From NCBI GenBank assembly GCA_002189035.1, contig CM007991.1, positions 372,001 through 436,000 on the forward strand: a DNA stretch of 64,000 nt, read 5' to 3'. Every line of letters starts with the position of its first letter. Within the stretch, counting starts at the first letter, position 1. Shown here in pieces: positions 52,307-64,000 of this stretch. The notes beneath the pieces are model-generated. The model was given only the letters and a program-made list of their open reading frames with translations, searched no databases and was not told the DNA's origin. Origin of the DNA: Utricularia gibba. Taxonomy: Eukaryota > Plantae > Magnoliophyta. Made by a program: the position numbers and the translations under genes.

Positions 52307-54003
52307 ATGGGCGTCTCGCACAGCACCACCACGTCGAGAAGAAGAGGCTTCTCCCATCCCTACCCATTTCCTCCCCACTCTTACCCGCTTGATTGCTACC
52401 ATTCTTCTTACTTGAATCCGGACACCCTTGGTTATGGTCATGGAAACTCCTCTTCTTCGCCCCCTCTTTACTTCCCTCCTCATCATACTACCTCTGCCTA
52501 TCCTTGCAGTCAACCTCACTTTGGTTCCTTTGACTCACATCAGCAGACCCCAGTAGAGTCGCCCCCTGGTGGTGAACAGAAACCGGCCAAAGTGGTGAAT
52601 AGTGATATAAATGTGCATAAGGATTCTTTGAAACTTGAGATTGATGAAATGAATTCAGATCATTATTTGGTTTCCTTTGTTTTCGATGCTCTGCTAGATG
52701 GATGGTAAGTTTCTTGAATAATTTTTTGTTTTGATTTCCTTCGTCTTTTATGTCAGAGACCGATGGATTCTTTGTTTCTTTTTCTTTCGTTTACTAGTTT
52801 GATCTTGCTTTTAAATGTGCTGTTGGCCGTCTTATTTCTTCGGTTTTTTAAAACTTAGCAAGTTTTGCTGAAGGATTCTCCTGACACCGCTGCATAAACT
52901 GTTCTTCCCTGTTCTTTTTCATCCATAACTATCCTACGCACCATTATATTAAATTCAGCCTAATTATGAACATTTTGAAGCTATGAATTCTTTAAAGTTC
53001 TAGTGTTTCTCCTTGTCTTCTTGTTGATTATAAAACCCATTTCTGTAACATAGCATTTAGGCCAGTCACATTTCAGTGTGTATATATGATGCTCTGGAAA
53101 TTAGGAGAAATGAACTTCTCTGAAACATGTGAGGGTGTTAACAAAGTAGTGATTCTTTTGACTGCATCATTAGTTCTATGGTTGTGTTGATACTTTTGTA
53201 GCAGTGTTGTTGAATGCACAAACTGGCTTCTTTATCCACTCCCTGATATTGTGCAGCTTCACCGTTTACTACTTTGCAAGAGAGGTGCCTGATCGCAGAG
53301 TTGTTCCATTTATTCCTGAAGTATATGTGCCCATAAAAGTTCCTTTCAGGAAAGGGCTTCACCAAGAGTTTCGACAGCCACCAGGCACCGGCATTGCATG
53401 GCATCTTTTTGCTCCTGGTGATCTTTCGAGATCATCATTATCCAGAGATGATGTGTTTCCAATTATAATATCTGCTGAAACCAGTTCAAATCCCTACATG
53501 GTCAATGGTGGAAGCTACTATTTGTCAAATGACTTGCCCCAGGTGCAGATTACTATGGTCATTCTTGATAGCGGACAGAATGGAAATTTTGATCCCAAAG
53601 TAGTGAAGCAGTTGCTATGGACAGATGATACGTGCTACGAGTTGAGAGAAATATATGGTTTAGGAAAACCTGGTCCCAGCTACAACGAGAATGACAATGA
53701 CAATGGGAAAGAATGTGTTATTTGTATGACAGAACCAAAATATGTAGCTGTTCTTCCTTGCAGACATATGGTAGGGGTGATTCTTCTCTTTATTTCTCTC
53801 CACACAGTCATTTCCATTTGATGTCCTTCCTTTTTCTTGTGCAATGCTTTGAATCTGTAATTTTTTCATGAAAGCATTCTTCTTTCCAGTGTATGTGCAG
53901 CGGATGTGCCAAAGAACTCAGAAACCAGTCAAATAAATGCCCCATATGCCGAGAAACAATTGAATCTCTCTTGGAAATCAAGATGGGAAATGGTCACCGG
54001 TGA
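52307..54003 (+). CDS. LUL: LOG2/LUL (MGRN1-like) RING E3 ligase, 3 exons, LUL3/LUL4-type
   Basis: N-terminal MG (myristoylation), DAR2 region ([27 protein letters not shown]) and [12 protein letters not shown]...LPCRHM|[18 protein letters not shown]. Confidence 0.92.
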
Positions 54004-54944
54004 TAATATTTTGACTCCCCAGTGAATCATCCTTCAGCTGTTCTTCTGCGTTGTTTTGTTTGGTACATTGTCAGCTACATCCAGGATTGGTGTTCGTTGC
54101 TGTGGTGATGCTAGGCTAGAAATCCGTATGTCTTTATTCATGATTATCTGTGTATATTAGTTTCTAATATGGCTTTGCTATACTTGATGGACGAGTGATG
54201 CGTGCATGAAATAGGGACTTCCCAACCAAACATCTGTATCTTGTAAAGGGCATTTGGCTTGCTTTTATCCTGTGTAAAGATATGACATTGTCCTTGTTCA
54301 AGCTGAGAACCGAACTTCCAACCTCATCCTTGTAGATGAGTAGTTGGAGATGCACACAGAGAGACAGATGATGCTGGACAATGCAGAAAAAAAGGTGGAA
54401 CTTTTGAGCAATCATGTCATGGCAAGTACAAGCACAATGGCAATACACCAACCCAAGTACATGCTTAATGTCTCCTCTGAACTTTCATATCGTGACTGAA
54501 GCACCATCTGCTCATTGTGCCAGGGGCCACAGCTACTTATCTTGGGCAGATTCCTCCCTGGCACATTTGCATTTGTGTTCCTTGTTTCCAGTTGGCTCTG
54601 ATCTACACCTCGGCTTATCAGTTCCTGGTTTGCACTGATTGAAAACTTGTGATTAGCCAACTACACATATCTGCCGGTTTACAACAGTGGAGAACGCGAG
54701 CGCCCACCGTCGGAATGCCGTCCGGTAGTAGGGTCCTTTCATGACTCCTATGGCACATGTGATGGATCAAGTCCGGCGAGGGTCACCGTCAATCTCAATT
54801 GACTCGCTACGCCGCCGGGTGCTTGGCCGGCCTAAATTCAATGATTCTTGATGGATAATCATGTTTAATTATTGTCGCCTGCCTCCCCCTTGGTGCATAA
54901 ATTGAATGCTTTCTTGGCAATGTTGGCTGGTCCTTTTCGAGGGG

Positions 54945-56254
54945 ATGGCGGAGCTTCTCTCTCTCGGTCTCATCCTCCTACTCCCACTCTCACTACTGCT
55001 CCTCCTCCTCCTCGTCCTCCTCCTCCTCTACTTCATCGTACGCCCTAAGCCTGTCAGAGTCGAAATCAAAGACAGGCACGTTTTGATAACCGGAGGCTCC
55101 AGTGGCATTGGCCTCGCCCTCGCGCATCTCTGCGCCAAGGGCGGCGCCCACGTGACCCTCCTCGCCCGCGACGTCGGAAAACTTGAAGAGGCAAAAAAGA
55201 ATGTGCTCGAAGCCGCCGGAGGCGAATGCGGCGTGGTCAGGATTCTGGCCGTCGACGTCAGGGACGCGGATTCGGTGAAACGGGCCATCGATTCGGTTCC
55301 CGCGATCGACGTGCTGGTATGCAATCACGGCGTGTACTCGGCCCTGGAGTTGGAGCATCAGGATCTGGAGAAAATGAAGTTCACAATCGATGTGAACCTG
55401 ATCGGAACCCTCAACCTCATCAAGGCGGCGCTGCCGGGGATGAAGGCCAGAGCGGCGCAGGCGGGGCCCTGCGCCATTGCCCTCATGTCGTCACAGGCTG
55501 GACAGGTACCTCCGTAGCACATTCCTTCTTTACTTCGCATCAATATGGGTGGTTGAAGCATCCCGATACATCAATTTCAATTTTTTTAAATATAAAATAA
55601 TTAAAATTTTAAATTAATTTTAATAGTAGTATCTCCTTTTTATGCACCACTGGTGGCTGAATCATGAATGATCCCTAAATATTTTATTTTTCTTTTGTCG
55701 CAACAATTTTCGAAAAGAAAAAACAAATAATAAAAAAGAATCCTTGGCCTCTTCCTGTCTGCTTGATGTCACTGATACCTGGTGGATGTTGGGTGGTTCA
55801 GATAGGAATCTATGGATATGCAGCGTATTCGGCGAGCAAATTTGGGCTGAGGGGATTAGCAGAGGTGTTGCAGCAGGAGCTCATACCCTACAACATTCAG
55901 ACGTCCATCATCTTCCCCCCGGTTACAGATACCCCTGGTTATGTCCCTGAGAGAGCATCCAGGCCTTATCTAACCGGCGTCATATCGTCTGCTTCGCCTG
56001 AGATGACAGCTGAAGACGTCGCCTGGAAGTCCCTTCGAGGAATCCAAGCCGGAAAGTTCATGGTACCGTGTAGCTTCGAGGGTTTCATGATCTCAGTTGC
56101 CACTGCCGGATTTGCACCGCAGGGATATTTCTTTTTGGCCTTCCTCGAGGTGGTGTTTGCTAGCTTTATGCGCCTTAATGGGCTGCTTTACCAGTGGGGT
56201 TGGTTCAACAAGATTCACAACTGGCATGCTGAACTGAAGAAGAAGTCCTGCTAA
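54945..56254 (+). CDS. TSC10: 3-ketodihydrosphingosine reductase (KDSR/TSC10), 2 exons
   Basis: Poly-Leu anchor, ITGGSSGIG, LVCNHG, SSQAGQ|IGIYGYAAYSASKFGLRG (SDR YxxxK), FPPVTDTPG and a C-terminal KKSC di-lysine ER signal. Intron 55506-55801. Confidence 0.93.
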
Positions 56255-56890
56255 GGAGATGATGGTCTACTGCATCTCTGCCAATATCCATCACCTCTTG
56301 TTTTCCTGAGGTTTAAATAAACAGTAATTGGATTGAATCGTGTGTTTTTTTTTACCTCAACAAGAACTTTCAAGATCTCAATGTAATTGTTCTTCAAGGT
56401 GTCTTTTGGTCATGATTCTCTCTGAATCATAGAAACAAAGCTATGGAACAGGTATTTTGTATCACAGAGATGGTAGAGCTTTTCAGAATTGATGTTATTA
56501 ATACCTGATCTATGTAGAAATCTTCTGATCATCGCTGAGCTTCTTGTACCCCCTGAAACAGAGGAAGTTTTCATGCTCTCTAGAGTATTAAACCGTCCTC
56601 CCTGTGACAGACAGTGCCATCCAAACCAAGCTTAGAATGAAAGCAGTTTTGAGTTACTTATCTAAAGGGACATGAATCGATCAAATTCTTATGTGTAATG
56701 CCATTTCTACTTTCTCAGTCCGCCACTCTTTCGTCCTTTCCCTGTCACTGCTCACCTTTTTCCCACTTGACATCTCTGCCACCTCTTCTCCTTGCACAAA
56801 CCATAAAATACTCTCCTTGACACAATACTAGATATAAACAATAAATATTGTGTGGATACAGAGTTAGCCCATTATTGCCTTCCATCTGCA

Positions 56891-59347
56891 ATGTTTCCTT
56901 CACTAGTCCTGATCATCCTCTTCCTCTTCCTTGGGTTGTTCCTGGTCTCATCTCAAGATCATCATCACCCGCTTGATTCTCTAACCTCAGCAGAACTTAC
57001 ACGAGTCCAATCCATCATCAATAGTCATTTCAAAGCCAACATCAGCTACCACTATGCTGGCTTACAGGACCCTGACAAGTCCTTGATTCTTTCCTGGGAA
57101 TCAAACTCCGTTGATCTCCCGCCCCGCCAAGCATCCGCCACGGTACGGGTCGATCGGCAAAGCCATGACCTCACCGTCGACCTGTCGACCGGCACGGCGG
57201 TCTCCGATCACGTGTACACGGGAACTGGATACCCTATTCAGAATTTCGCCGAGCAAATATCCGCGAATCTGCTTCCCATGGGTATCCTCCCTTCGTATCA
57301 TCCATTGAGAAAAGAGGGCTAAATTTAACTAAGGTTGTCTGCGGAGCCGGAACGGCTGGATGGTTCGGAGAAGCCGACAATCGAAGGCTAGTTAAATCCA
57401 CTTGCTATTATTCGGAAGGGACTATAAACTTCTTCATGAGACCAATTGAGGGGATCACCATTACCATTGATCTCGACGAGATGAAGATCGTCGGTTATCG
57501 CGACCGCGCGATCGTTCCGGTGCCGAAAGCCGAAGGAACCGACTTCCGTACGCCGTCGGACTCAACCTCCACCGGCGGCAGACGAATTTTAGAGCCACTA
57601 GACGGAGGTTTCACTTTAGATGGGAATACTGTCAGGTATGATGCTCTAATTAAATTATTTTTAATAGATTTGTAAATTATAAATATAAAATCTAAAATGA
57701 TTTTATTTAATTTAGATATTAGTATTCTCAAATTAACTCTTCAATTGATGGCTAGTTCTTTTATACCATATTAATGCACATTTTATAATTGTTTATCATT
57801 CCAAATTTACCCTCGCAAATTGAAATTTAACTTCGAAGGTAATTTTAGGGTTTTTTTTACTTAATTTTTTCAAGCATATCATATTTGTGCCAATAATTTG
57901 GTCAGTTGGGAGGGCTGGAAGTTCCACGTGGCGTTCGACATGAGGGTGGGGCTTGTGATATCGCTCGCGTCGATTTACGATCCGGAAAAGGATGAGTTCC
58001 GGCGAGTTCTGTACAGGGGATTCATGTCGGAGCTGTTTGTGCCGTACATGGACATGTCCCAGGGTTGGTACTTCAGAACATTCTTCGACGCAGGCGAATA
58101 CGGGGTAGGGTTGTTTGCATCCTCCCTCGCACCCTCGCGAGACTGCCCTCTCGGGGCTGTTTTCTTGGACGGTTACGTCGCCTCCGCGAATGGAACGCCG
58201 GTGCACAGGCCCAACGTTCTGTGCATATTCGAGAGGTACTCCGGCGACATTCTATCGCGTCACACGGATTTCAAGGTTAGTTTCCGAAGCAGTAGTTTCA
58301 ACATCAAGTCGAATTAGGTTTTCTCCAGACTAAATCATTTTGGTATATCTTTAATAGCGTAACTACATTGTGTGATAGATAGTGGAGTCTAATCCACAAA
58401 TCAGTTTGGTTGTGAGAATGGTGGCTACTGTGGGGAACTACGACTACATCGTTGACTGGGAATTCCAGAAAACAGGGGTCATCCAAGTGACAGTAAGTGA
58501 CTGCAGAAGAAGCATTTCATTCAAGACATGGTTTTGTTTTGATATCCCAACCTTGGCAACGCAGGTGGGGCTGACAGGCTTGCTTGCAGTTAGGGGAACA
58601 GCGTATGTGCACAATGATGAGATACAGGAGGAAGCCTATGGCACCTTGTTAGCTGAAAACACAATAGGCTCCAACCATGATCACTTCTTCATGTTCCATC
58701 TTGATGTAGATGTGGATGGCCAAGCTAACTCTTTCGTGAAGACGAGGCTAGAGAAAGTTCAGAACATGGATGCTAGTGTGCCGAGGCGAAGCTACTGGAG
58801 GGCTGTTTCGGAAACATTGAAAACGGAGGTGGATGCAAGAATGAACCTGGGTGCAGAAGCAATGGAGATGTGGTTCATTAACCCGAATAAGAGGACTAAA
58901 GTTGGGAATAACATAGGGTACAAATTGTTACCTGGACATGCGATCAAATCATTGTTATCTTATGATGATTATCCTCAAGTGCGTGCTGCCTTTACTAACT
59001 ACAATGTGTGGGTTACTGCTTATAACCGATCCGAAAAATGGGCCGGAGGGTCGTACGTGGACCGGAGCCATGGCGATGATGGACTAGCAACATGGAGCGA
59101 AAAGTAAGGTGTCATTTGATTCAGCTGTTACTGAGCAAAGAAACTGAGTGCACCTTTTTATTGCAGGAATAGAGGCATTGAGAATACGGATATTGTGCTA
59201 TGGTATATGTTGGGAGTTCATCACATACCATGTCAAGAGGATTTCCCCCTAATGCCGACCTTGAGCGAGTCATTCCAACTCCGACCTCACAATTTTTTTG
59301 AGCGGAATCCTACACTCCTGCAAAGGAATTTAAAAGTGGCTGGTTGA
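56891..59347 (+). CDS. CuAO: Secreted copper amine oxidase, 5 exons; apparent -1 frameshift at 57281-57282
   Basis: Signal peptide, [28 protein letters not shown] (TPQ site, 58436-58444), HDHF copper ligands, [24 protein letters not shown]. Confidence 0.92.
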
Positions 59348-60125
59348 TCATGGAAAACATTGTAGCATGGGGAAAATGAAGAACTATGGTTATTTTCTTT
59401 CAAGAAATTTTCGTTGTATATCATGGAGTATATAATCCAAAAATATGTTTCTAACAAGAATCTCTCATATGCATGACCTTGGCCATACCATTAGAGGAGT
59501 TTCACCCTGATATGGCATTCTCCTCTCGGTTATTGTTGCCCTGCATGGAAAAATAAGCACAAGATTTTTAACTAGGAACTACAAACCTTTTGATTGCAAG
59601 AAAGAATTCATCATAACCATCCATTAGAAGTAATTATGCTGCATTGAGAGGAAGAATCCCATACTTTTGATAGTTCAAAATGATAGATTATGAACAAACA
59701 TCACCTTCCAACTTCAAAGTAACATTCTAGCTATTAGAGATCTTATATCTCGAATGCCATGTGAATAAGGATATGTTGAAAATAAACTTAACATTCTAGC
59801 TATTACTAGTCATTCGGTTTTAGAGAAAATTGTGACTGCTATGCAGTTACTTAAACAGCTATTTATCTTGATGTATAAGTAGAAAACTTTACCTCGGGAA
59901 AAAGAATGAAGCACCTCTGTTGGCTGCATTTAATCGAGCATTTGGTGTGTGAATCTCGTCAACTTTTTTCTATCCACCCACATTCCCTTTCCTGCAACAG
60001 ATCAAAGCAATAAACACTAAAAGAATCCAACAGGACTTCGTTGAGCAAAGTGAAGAGCTTTAGTGTCAATCATGATACCAGCACAATCAACAGGCCCCCC
60101 TGGGACGCCACAGGGCAATGCAAGT

Positions 60126-60260
60126 ATTTGTTCTAGTTATTCATTTCGATAATGCATCAAGTAGAAATGAAATTCTGTTACATACCTCCAAACTACCCTA
60201 TATAGAAGTTTGGCCGGTGGGGCATCTAACATTCCTTCGTCAGCCGGAAACTGGCCTGAT
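60126..60260 (+). repeat. Copy A of a dispersed element end (Helitron-3'-like); homologous to 62730-62756 plus 63260-63365
   Basis: 25-bp identity GATAATGCATCAAGTAGAAATGAAA (60148 and 63260), then a similar 57-bp block ending CTGA-T. Confidence 0.75.
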
Positions 60261-60306
60261 GGAATCGGCATACATTTGGAGCACTATGGTCGAAGGATGA
60301 AACCCA

Positions 60307-60534
60307 ATTCCGGCGTTTCTGTCGTTGCTCTGCCGTCTCAGGTACGGAATTTTCCTGCTTTTCTCCGCCTGAGTTTTGGTGATGTCCCTCTTCGTCCTCT
60401 TCCTCGTGCCCCAGACCAAGAACACGCCCCTTGATCAGATGAAGGAACGTGTGTGGAAGCGCCATTGGCTGTGGAACCGATTCATGGACCACGACGATGG
60501 CCAGTCCTACACCAACGCCGTTACAGAGCCCTAA
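60307..60534 (+). pseudogene. Isolated 3' fragment of an STP13-like sugar transporter gene with an in-frame stop
   Basis: IPAFLSLLCRLRYGIFLLFSA*VLVMSLFVLFLVPQTKNTPLDQMKERVWKRHWLWNRFMD...EP*. TGA at 60370 replaces a conserved Trp; no upstream exons. Confidence 0.85.
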
Positions 60535-60820
60535 GGTTGCCTTTTGTTTTCGATAATTATTTTATAATTATTCGTATTCATTTTTATAAAAAAAAAAAAA
60601 ACTAATGGCATTATTATAATAAAATAATAATATATAATTTATTATTTGATTTTATATTAATTAAATTAAATCAACATAAAATAGACTGAAGAGCCTCAAC
60701 GACTTAAGATACAAGAGCGTTCATCGGGAGGGATTTGACCCGACCCGATCGGCGACTCCTTTTTCGGAGCCCCGAAATGAAATGCGAGTTCTTATTCAAA
60801 TTTCAAACGAGGAAGAAGAC

Positions 60821-62555
60821 TCAAGCCGCCGGTGCGGCTTTGTCGTTTTCATTGGGCATGAACTTGCTCCAGAAGACGTGCTTCTTCCACACCCTGTCAT
60901 TCATGGCGTCGATCGGAACCCCCTTCGTCTCCGGTATGAAGAACATGGCGAAAAGGCCCATGATTAGAATCCACGCGGCGAAGAAGACGAAGGAGTATGC
61001 CTTCATGAGGCACAGCATGGAGAGGAATCCTTGAGCGATGATGAAGGTGAAGAGCATGTTGGTGCTGACCGCGACGGCGAACCCGGCGGTCCTGGTCTCC
61101 ACGGGGAAGATCTCGCTCGGGATCAGCCACCCCATCGGACCCCATGACCAGGCGAAGGACATCACGAACAGGCAGACGAAGACTACAACTCCCATGGCGA
61201 GGCCTTTGTTCAGTGAGCCGGTTGGCTTCAGGAAGAGAATGAGGATCACCGCCACCACAGACTGAGGGATCATCAGTCACTCTTGTTAGTTGCAGGAGCA
61301 TGGTGATTAAGATTAAAATAGCTGCACAGTTGGGTTTTTGTTAATCGTACCATGCTGATGAACATCTGGACGCTGGCTTGGAGGAGCAGCTTCCGGCGGC
61401 CGACCTTGTCGACGAGGAGGACGGATACCATGGTGCTCAGAACGTTGATCAGTCCGGTGATGACGGAGGAGAGCAGCGATGCGTTGCTCTTGAATCCTAC
61501 GGTCTGGAACAGGATCGGGGCGTAGAACATCACGGCGTTGATTCCGGTGAACTGCTGGAAGATCTGAATAATGATGCTGATTATCACCATAGGCATGCTG
61601 GAGGTTTTCATCAGTTCCGCGTACGGATGCTCTATTTGCTTAGCGGTTTCGCAGGCCTGTTTGATCTGTGAGAACTCGTCTTCCACATCACTGACTCCCC
61701 TTAGTCTCTTCAAGGATCGTCTCCCATCCTCTTCCCGTCCTCTTTCGACCAGGCTGGTCGGAGTTTCCACGATGATGAACGAGCCGATGAAGAGCACCAG
61801 CGCCGGCGCACCGGCGAGGCCGAGTGCGATGCGCCATCCGTAAGGATGCACCCTCGAAACAAAGTAGTTGACGATATTCGCAATCAGGATCCCCACCGTG
61901 ACCAGGAGCTGAAACAAGATGTTCACGCCACCTCGGTATTGCACCGGCGCAACTTCCGACAAGAAGAGCGGCACAGACTGCAACCACACACAGACACATA
62001 CACATGAATATGAGAAATTCCCGAAAACCAATCACATGGGGACAAGTTTATACCTCATTCCCGAATCCAACTCCGATCCCGAACAAGATCCGTCCGAGGA
62101 TCAGGACGCCGAGATTGGGAGCGGCGCCGCTGATGACAGCTGCGATTATGAAAAGCGAGGAGGCGGCCCGAATGGTGAGACGACGGCCGAGGACGGTGCA
62201 GGCCTTCCCAGCTCCAAAGCTGGCGAAGAGCGCAGCCAGGTACAATGAAGATGTGAAGAGCTGAAGAAACTGATCATCATATTTGCAGTAGTTATCTTCC
62301 CTGGCCACAAGCTTCCTCCTGTAAACACCAGGGAAGAATTTCTCCAGGAAATCATCCATGGCCGTAACTCCACCTGCAGCAGAAATCCACACATTCATTT
62401 CGAATCATTCCAATTCACAGCACGCAATGAATCCACTCCCAGTTACCAGATATCCCAATGTCGTATCCGAACATGAGGCCTCCACAGGCTGCAAGGCACC
62501 AGCTGGTGACGACATAAGGTGTGACCTTGGAATAGAAATTCTGCTGTGACGCCAT
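60821..62555 (-). CDS. STP: Sugar transport protein (STP6/STP8-like hexose/H+ symporter), 4 exons
   Basis: GGLMFGYDIGISG|GVTAMDDFL, YCKYDDQFLQLFTSSLY, GVGFGNE|SVPLFLSE, QQFTGINAVMFYAP, WSWGPMGWLIPSE, PETKGVP. Confidence 0.96.
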
Positions 62556-62729
62556 CGGAAGCTCTCTGTGCAGCCTATGGAGTGTTGGATTCGGACATGA
62601 CTGGAAAAGGAGTGCTATATAAAAGGCAGCCAAGTAGAATATCAAGGGGAAGTTAGATCTCTCTTTGACTCATTACTCAGATAAATTCTTACTCACAAAT
62701 TCTCTCTCTTACAGACTCTCTCTCCTTTG

Positions 62730-62811
62730 ATTTGGTCTAGTTATTCAATTCGATAACTTTTTTTATGATTTTTTTTATTTTTTAAATTCAAAATAATTAA
62801 ATAAATAAATA

Positions 62812-62847
<36 letters not shown>

Positions 62848-63365
62848 ATTTATAATTATAAAATTTAAAATGAAAAATTTAAATATATAATAAATTAATC
62901 ATCTATTTATACTAATTTAGTTTTTCAAAAACATTGATTTTTTGTATTCGTATATATTGATAGTTTGTCTTACATACTTGTTAGTTATTCGATATCATAT
63001 AGTTTAAAATGGAATCTACGAAATAAACTTTATATTTATTTTTATTTTTATTGACATTCTTTATGTAATAACTTACGAACATAATTTGTCGTTATATACC
63101 ATCCATTTTAAACTAATCTAAAAAGATTATATTTCCTTACACTCAATTGAAGTATGAAGGATTAATTTAACGCATTTCTATATTCTTCACATATAGCAAA
63201 TGCAAATATATTTTATTGATTCAATTTCTCTACGACGGATAATACGTTATTAAGATTTAGATAATGCATCAAGTAGAAATGAAAATTAGGATAAATTTCT
63301 CATATCTAGAAGTTTGGCCGGCGTGGCATCAAACATTCCTTCGTACGCCGGAAAATGCGCCTAAT
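62730..63365 (+). mobile_element. Copy B of the dispersed element end, interrupted by a 503-bp AT-rich segment flanked by GATAA direct repeats
   Basis: TCTAGTTATTCAATTCGATAA (62736-62756) and GATAATGCATC... (63260) are contiguous in copy A; this copy ends CTAA-T at 63361-63365. Confidence 0.65.
62817..62844. repeat. (TA)14 microsatellite
   Basis: Uninterrupted TA run. Confidence 0.95.
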
Positions 63366-63722
63366 TGCATTCCCCCAACTAGGTTATTGAATTAGGGATT
63401 GTTGTGTTAATGGGGATTTTCATGATTAACACTGTCTTAACATTCCTAACAGGGCATTAAGAATCTTATTAAATTAAATAGCATTCACAATATTTGTGAT
63501 ACTAAAGGGACATTGAATTCAGAATGTTTTAAATACAAAGGAAAATGAAGCGCTGTTGCAAACTTGAATTTGAAGATACTCCTTGATTTCCTCCACAAAT
63601 CTTGAACACAAAAGCATCTATTTTTGGAATTCTCTGTCTCTCTGATGCTTCTCCATTTTCCATTGAATCAAAAAGCTTCAACCAAAGAAAGCAGACTTCT
63701 CTGGCATTCATCTCTTGACAGG

Positions 63723-64000
63723 ATGGCCTGCCGGAGCTCCTCTTTCTCCTCCTTCCTCTGCCTGCTCGGCCTCCTGTCCCTCAATCTCCTCCACCCCTAC
63801 ACCGCAACATCCGCCGTGCGCCTCCATGCGACCTTCATGATCACCCCTTCTTTCCGTGAAGCCCCGGCATTTCGCAATGGTCACCAATGCAAGTCCTCCA
63901 ACAATCAGACCATCCACATTGTCATGCCTCTGGACGTGAACTACATCAGAGGAACAATGGCTGCTGTTTTGTCGATTTTGCAACATTCGACCTGTCCTGA
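63723..64000 (+). CDS. GATL: Galacturonosyltransferase-like (GATL, GT8) 5' portion; runs off the window end
   Basis: MACRSSSFSSFLCLLGLL (signal anchor)...FREAPAFRNG...IHIVMPLDVNYIRGTMAAVLSILQHSTCP. Absent from the ORF track because there is no stop inside the window. Confidence 0.9.
   Translation, partial: MACRSSSFSSFLCLLGLLSLNLLHPYTATSAVRLHATFMITPSFREAPAFRNGHQCKSSNNQTIHIVMPLDVNYIRGTMAAVLSILQHSTCP

Noticed and set aside
54160-54660. Several 74-95 aa ORFs between LUL and TSC10
   Set aside because: No recognisable motifs; consistent with UTR and promoter sequence.
21555-57290. Programmed ribosomal frameshifting at the shared ATGGG sites of mL40 and CuAO
   Set aside because: No slippery heptamer or stimulatory structure; homopolymer error is simpler.
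60307-61050. Possible hairpin RNA between the STP fragment and the inverted 3' end of the intact STP
   Set aside because: Codon-by-codon comparison shows frequent mismatches and only short identical runs, too diverged for a stable long duplex.

Overview
Gene-dense plant (eudicot) nuclear DNA with short introns (mostly 60-110 bp); the species cannot be determined from sequence alone. Seventeen protein-coding genes were reconstructed by manual splicing. In order: GH35 beta-galactosidase, anoctamin/TMEM16-like, IPP isomerase, an uncharacterised 3-TM protein, mitoribosomal mL40-like, RLCK-VI kinase, DMP membrane protein, PPDK, PP2C, BSD protein, MED33, Serinc, LOG2/LUL RING E3, KDSR/TSC10, copper amine oxidase, an STP sugar transporter and a GATL that runs off the window end. 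There are also hAT-type MITEs, Helitron-like termini and an STP pseudogene fragment. Strongest leads: (1) a canonical 99-bp intron would splice the DMP gene in frame to an orphan LINE-ORF1-type RRM domain, giving a 340-aa membrane-tethered RRM chimera; (2) PPDK needs GC-AG splicing at 3 of its 14 introns and has a candidate 'Met-Lys' micro-exon for the cytosolic isoform; (3) three genes carry single-base -1 frameshifts at short homopolymers, most likely assembly errors. Family assignments come from motif recognition and recalled homologues, not database searches. No rRNA, tRNA or CRISPR array was found.
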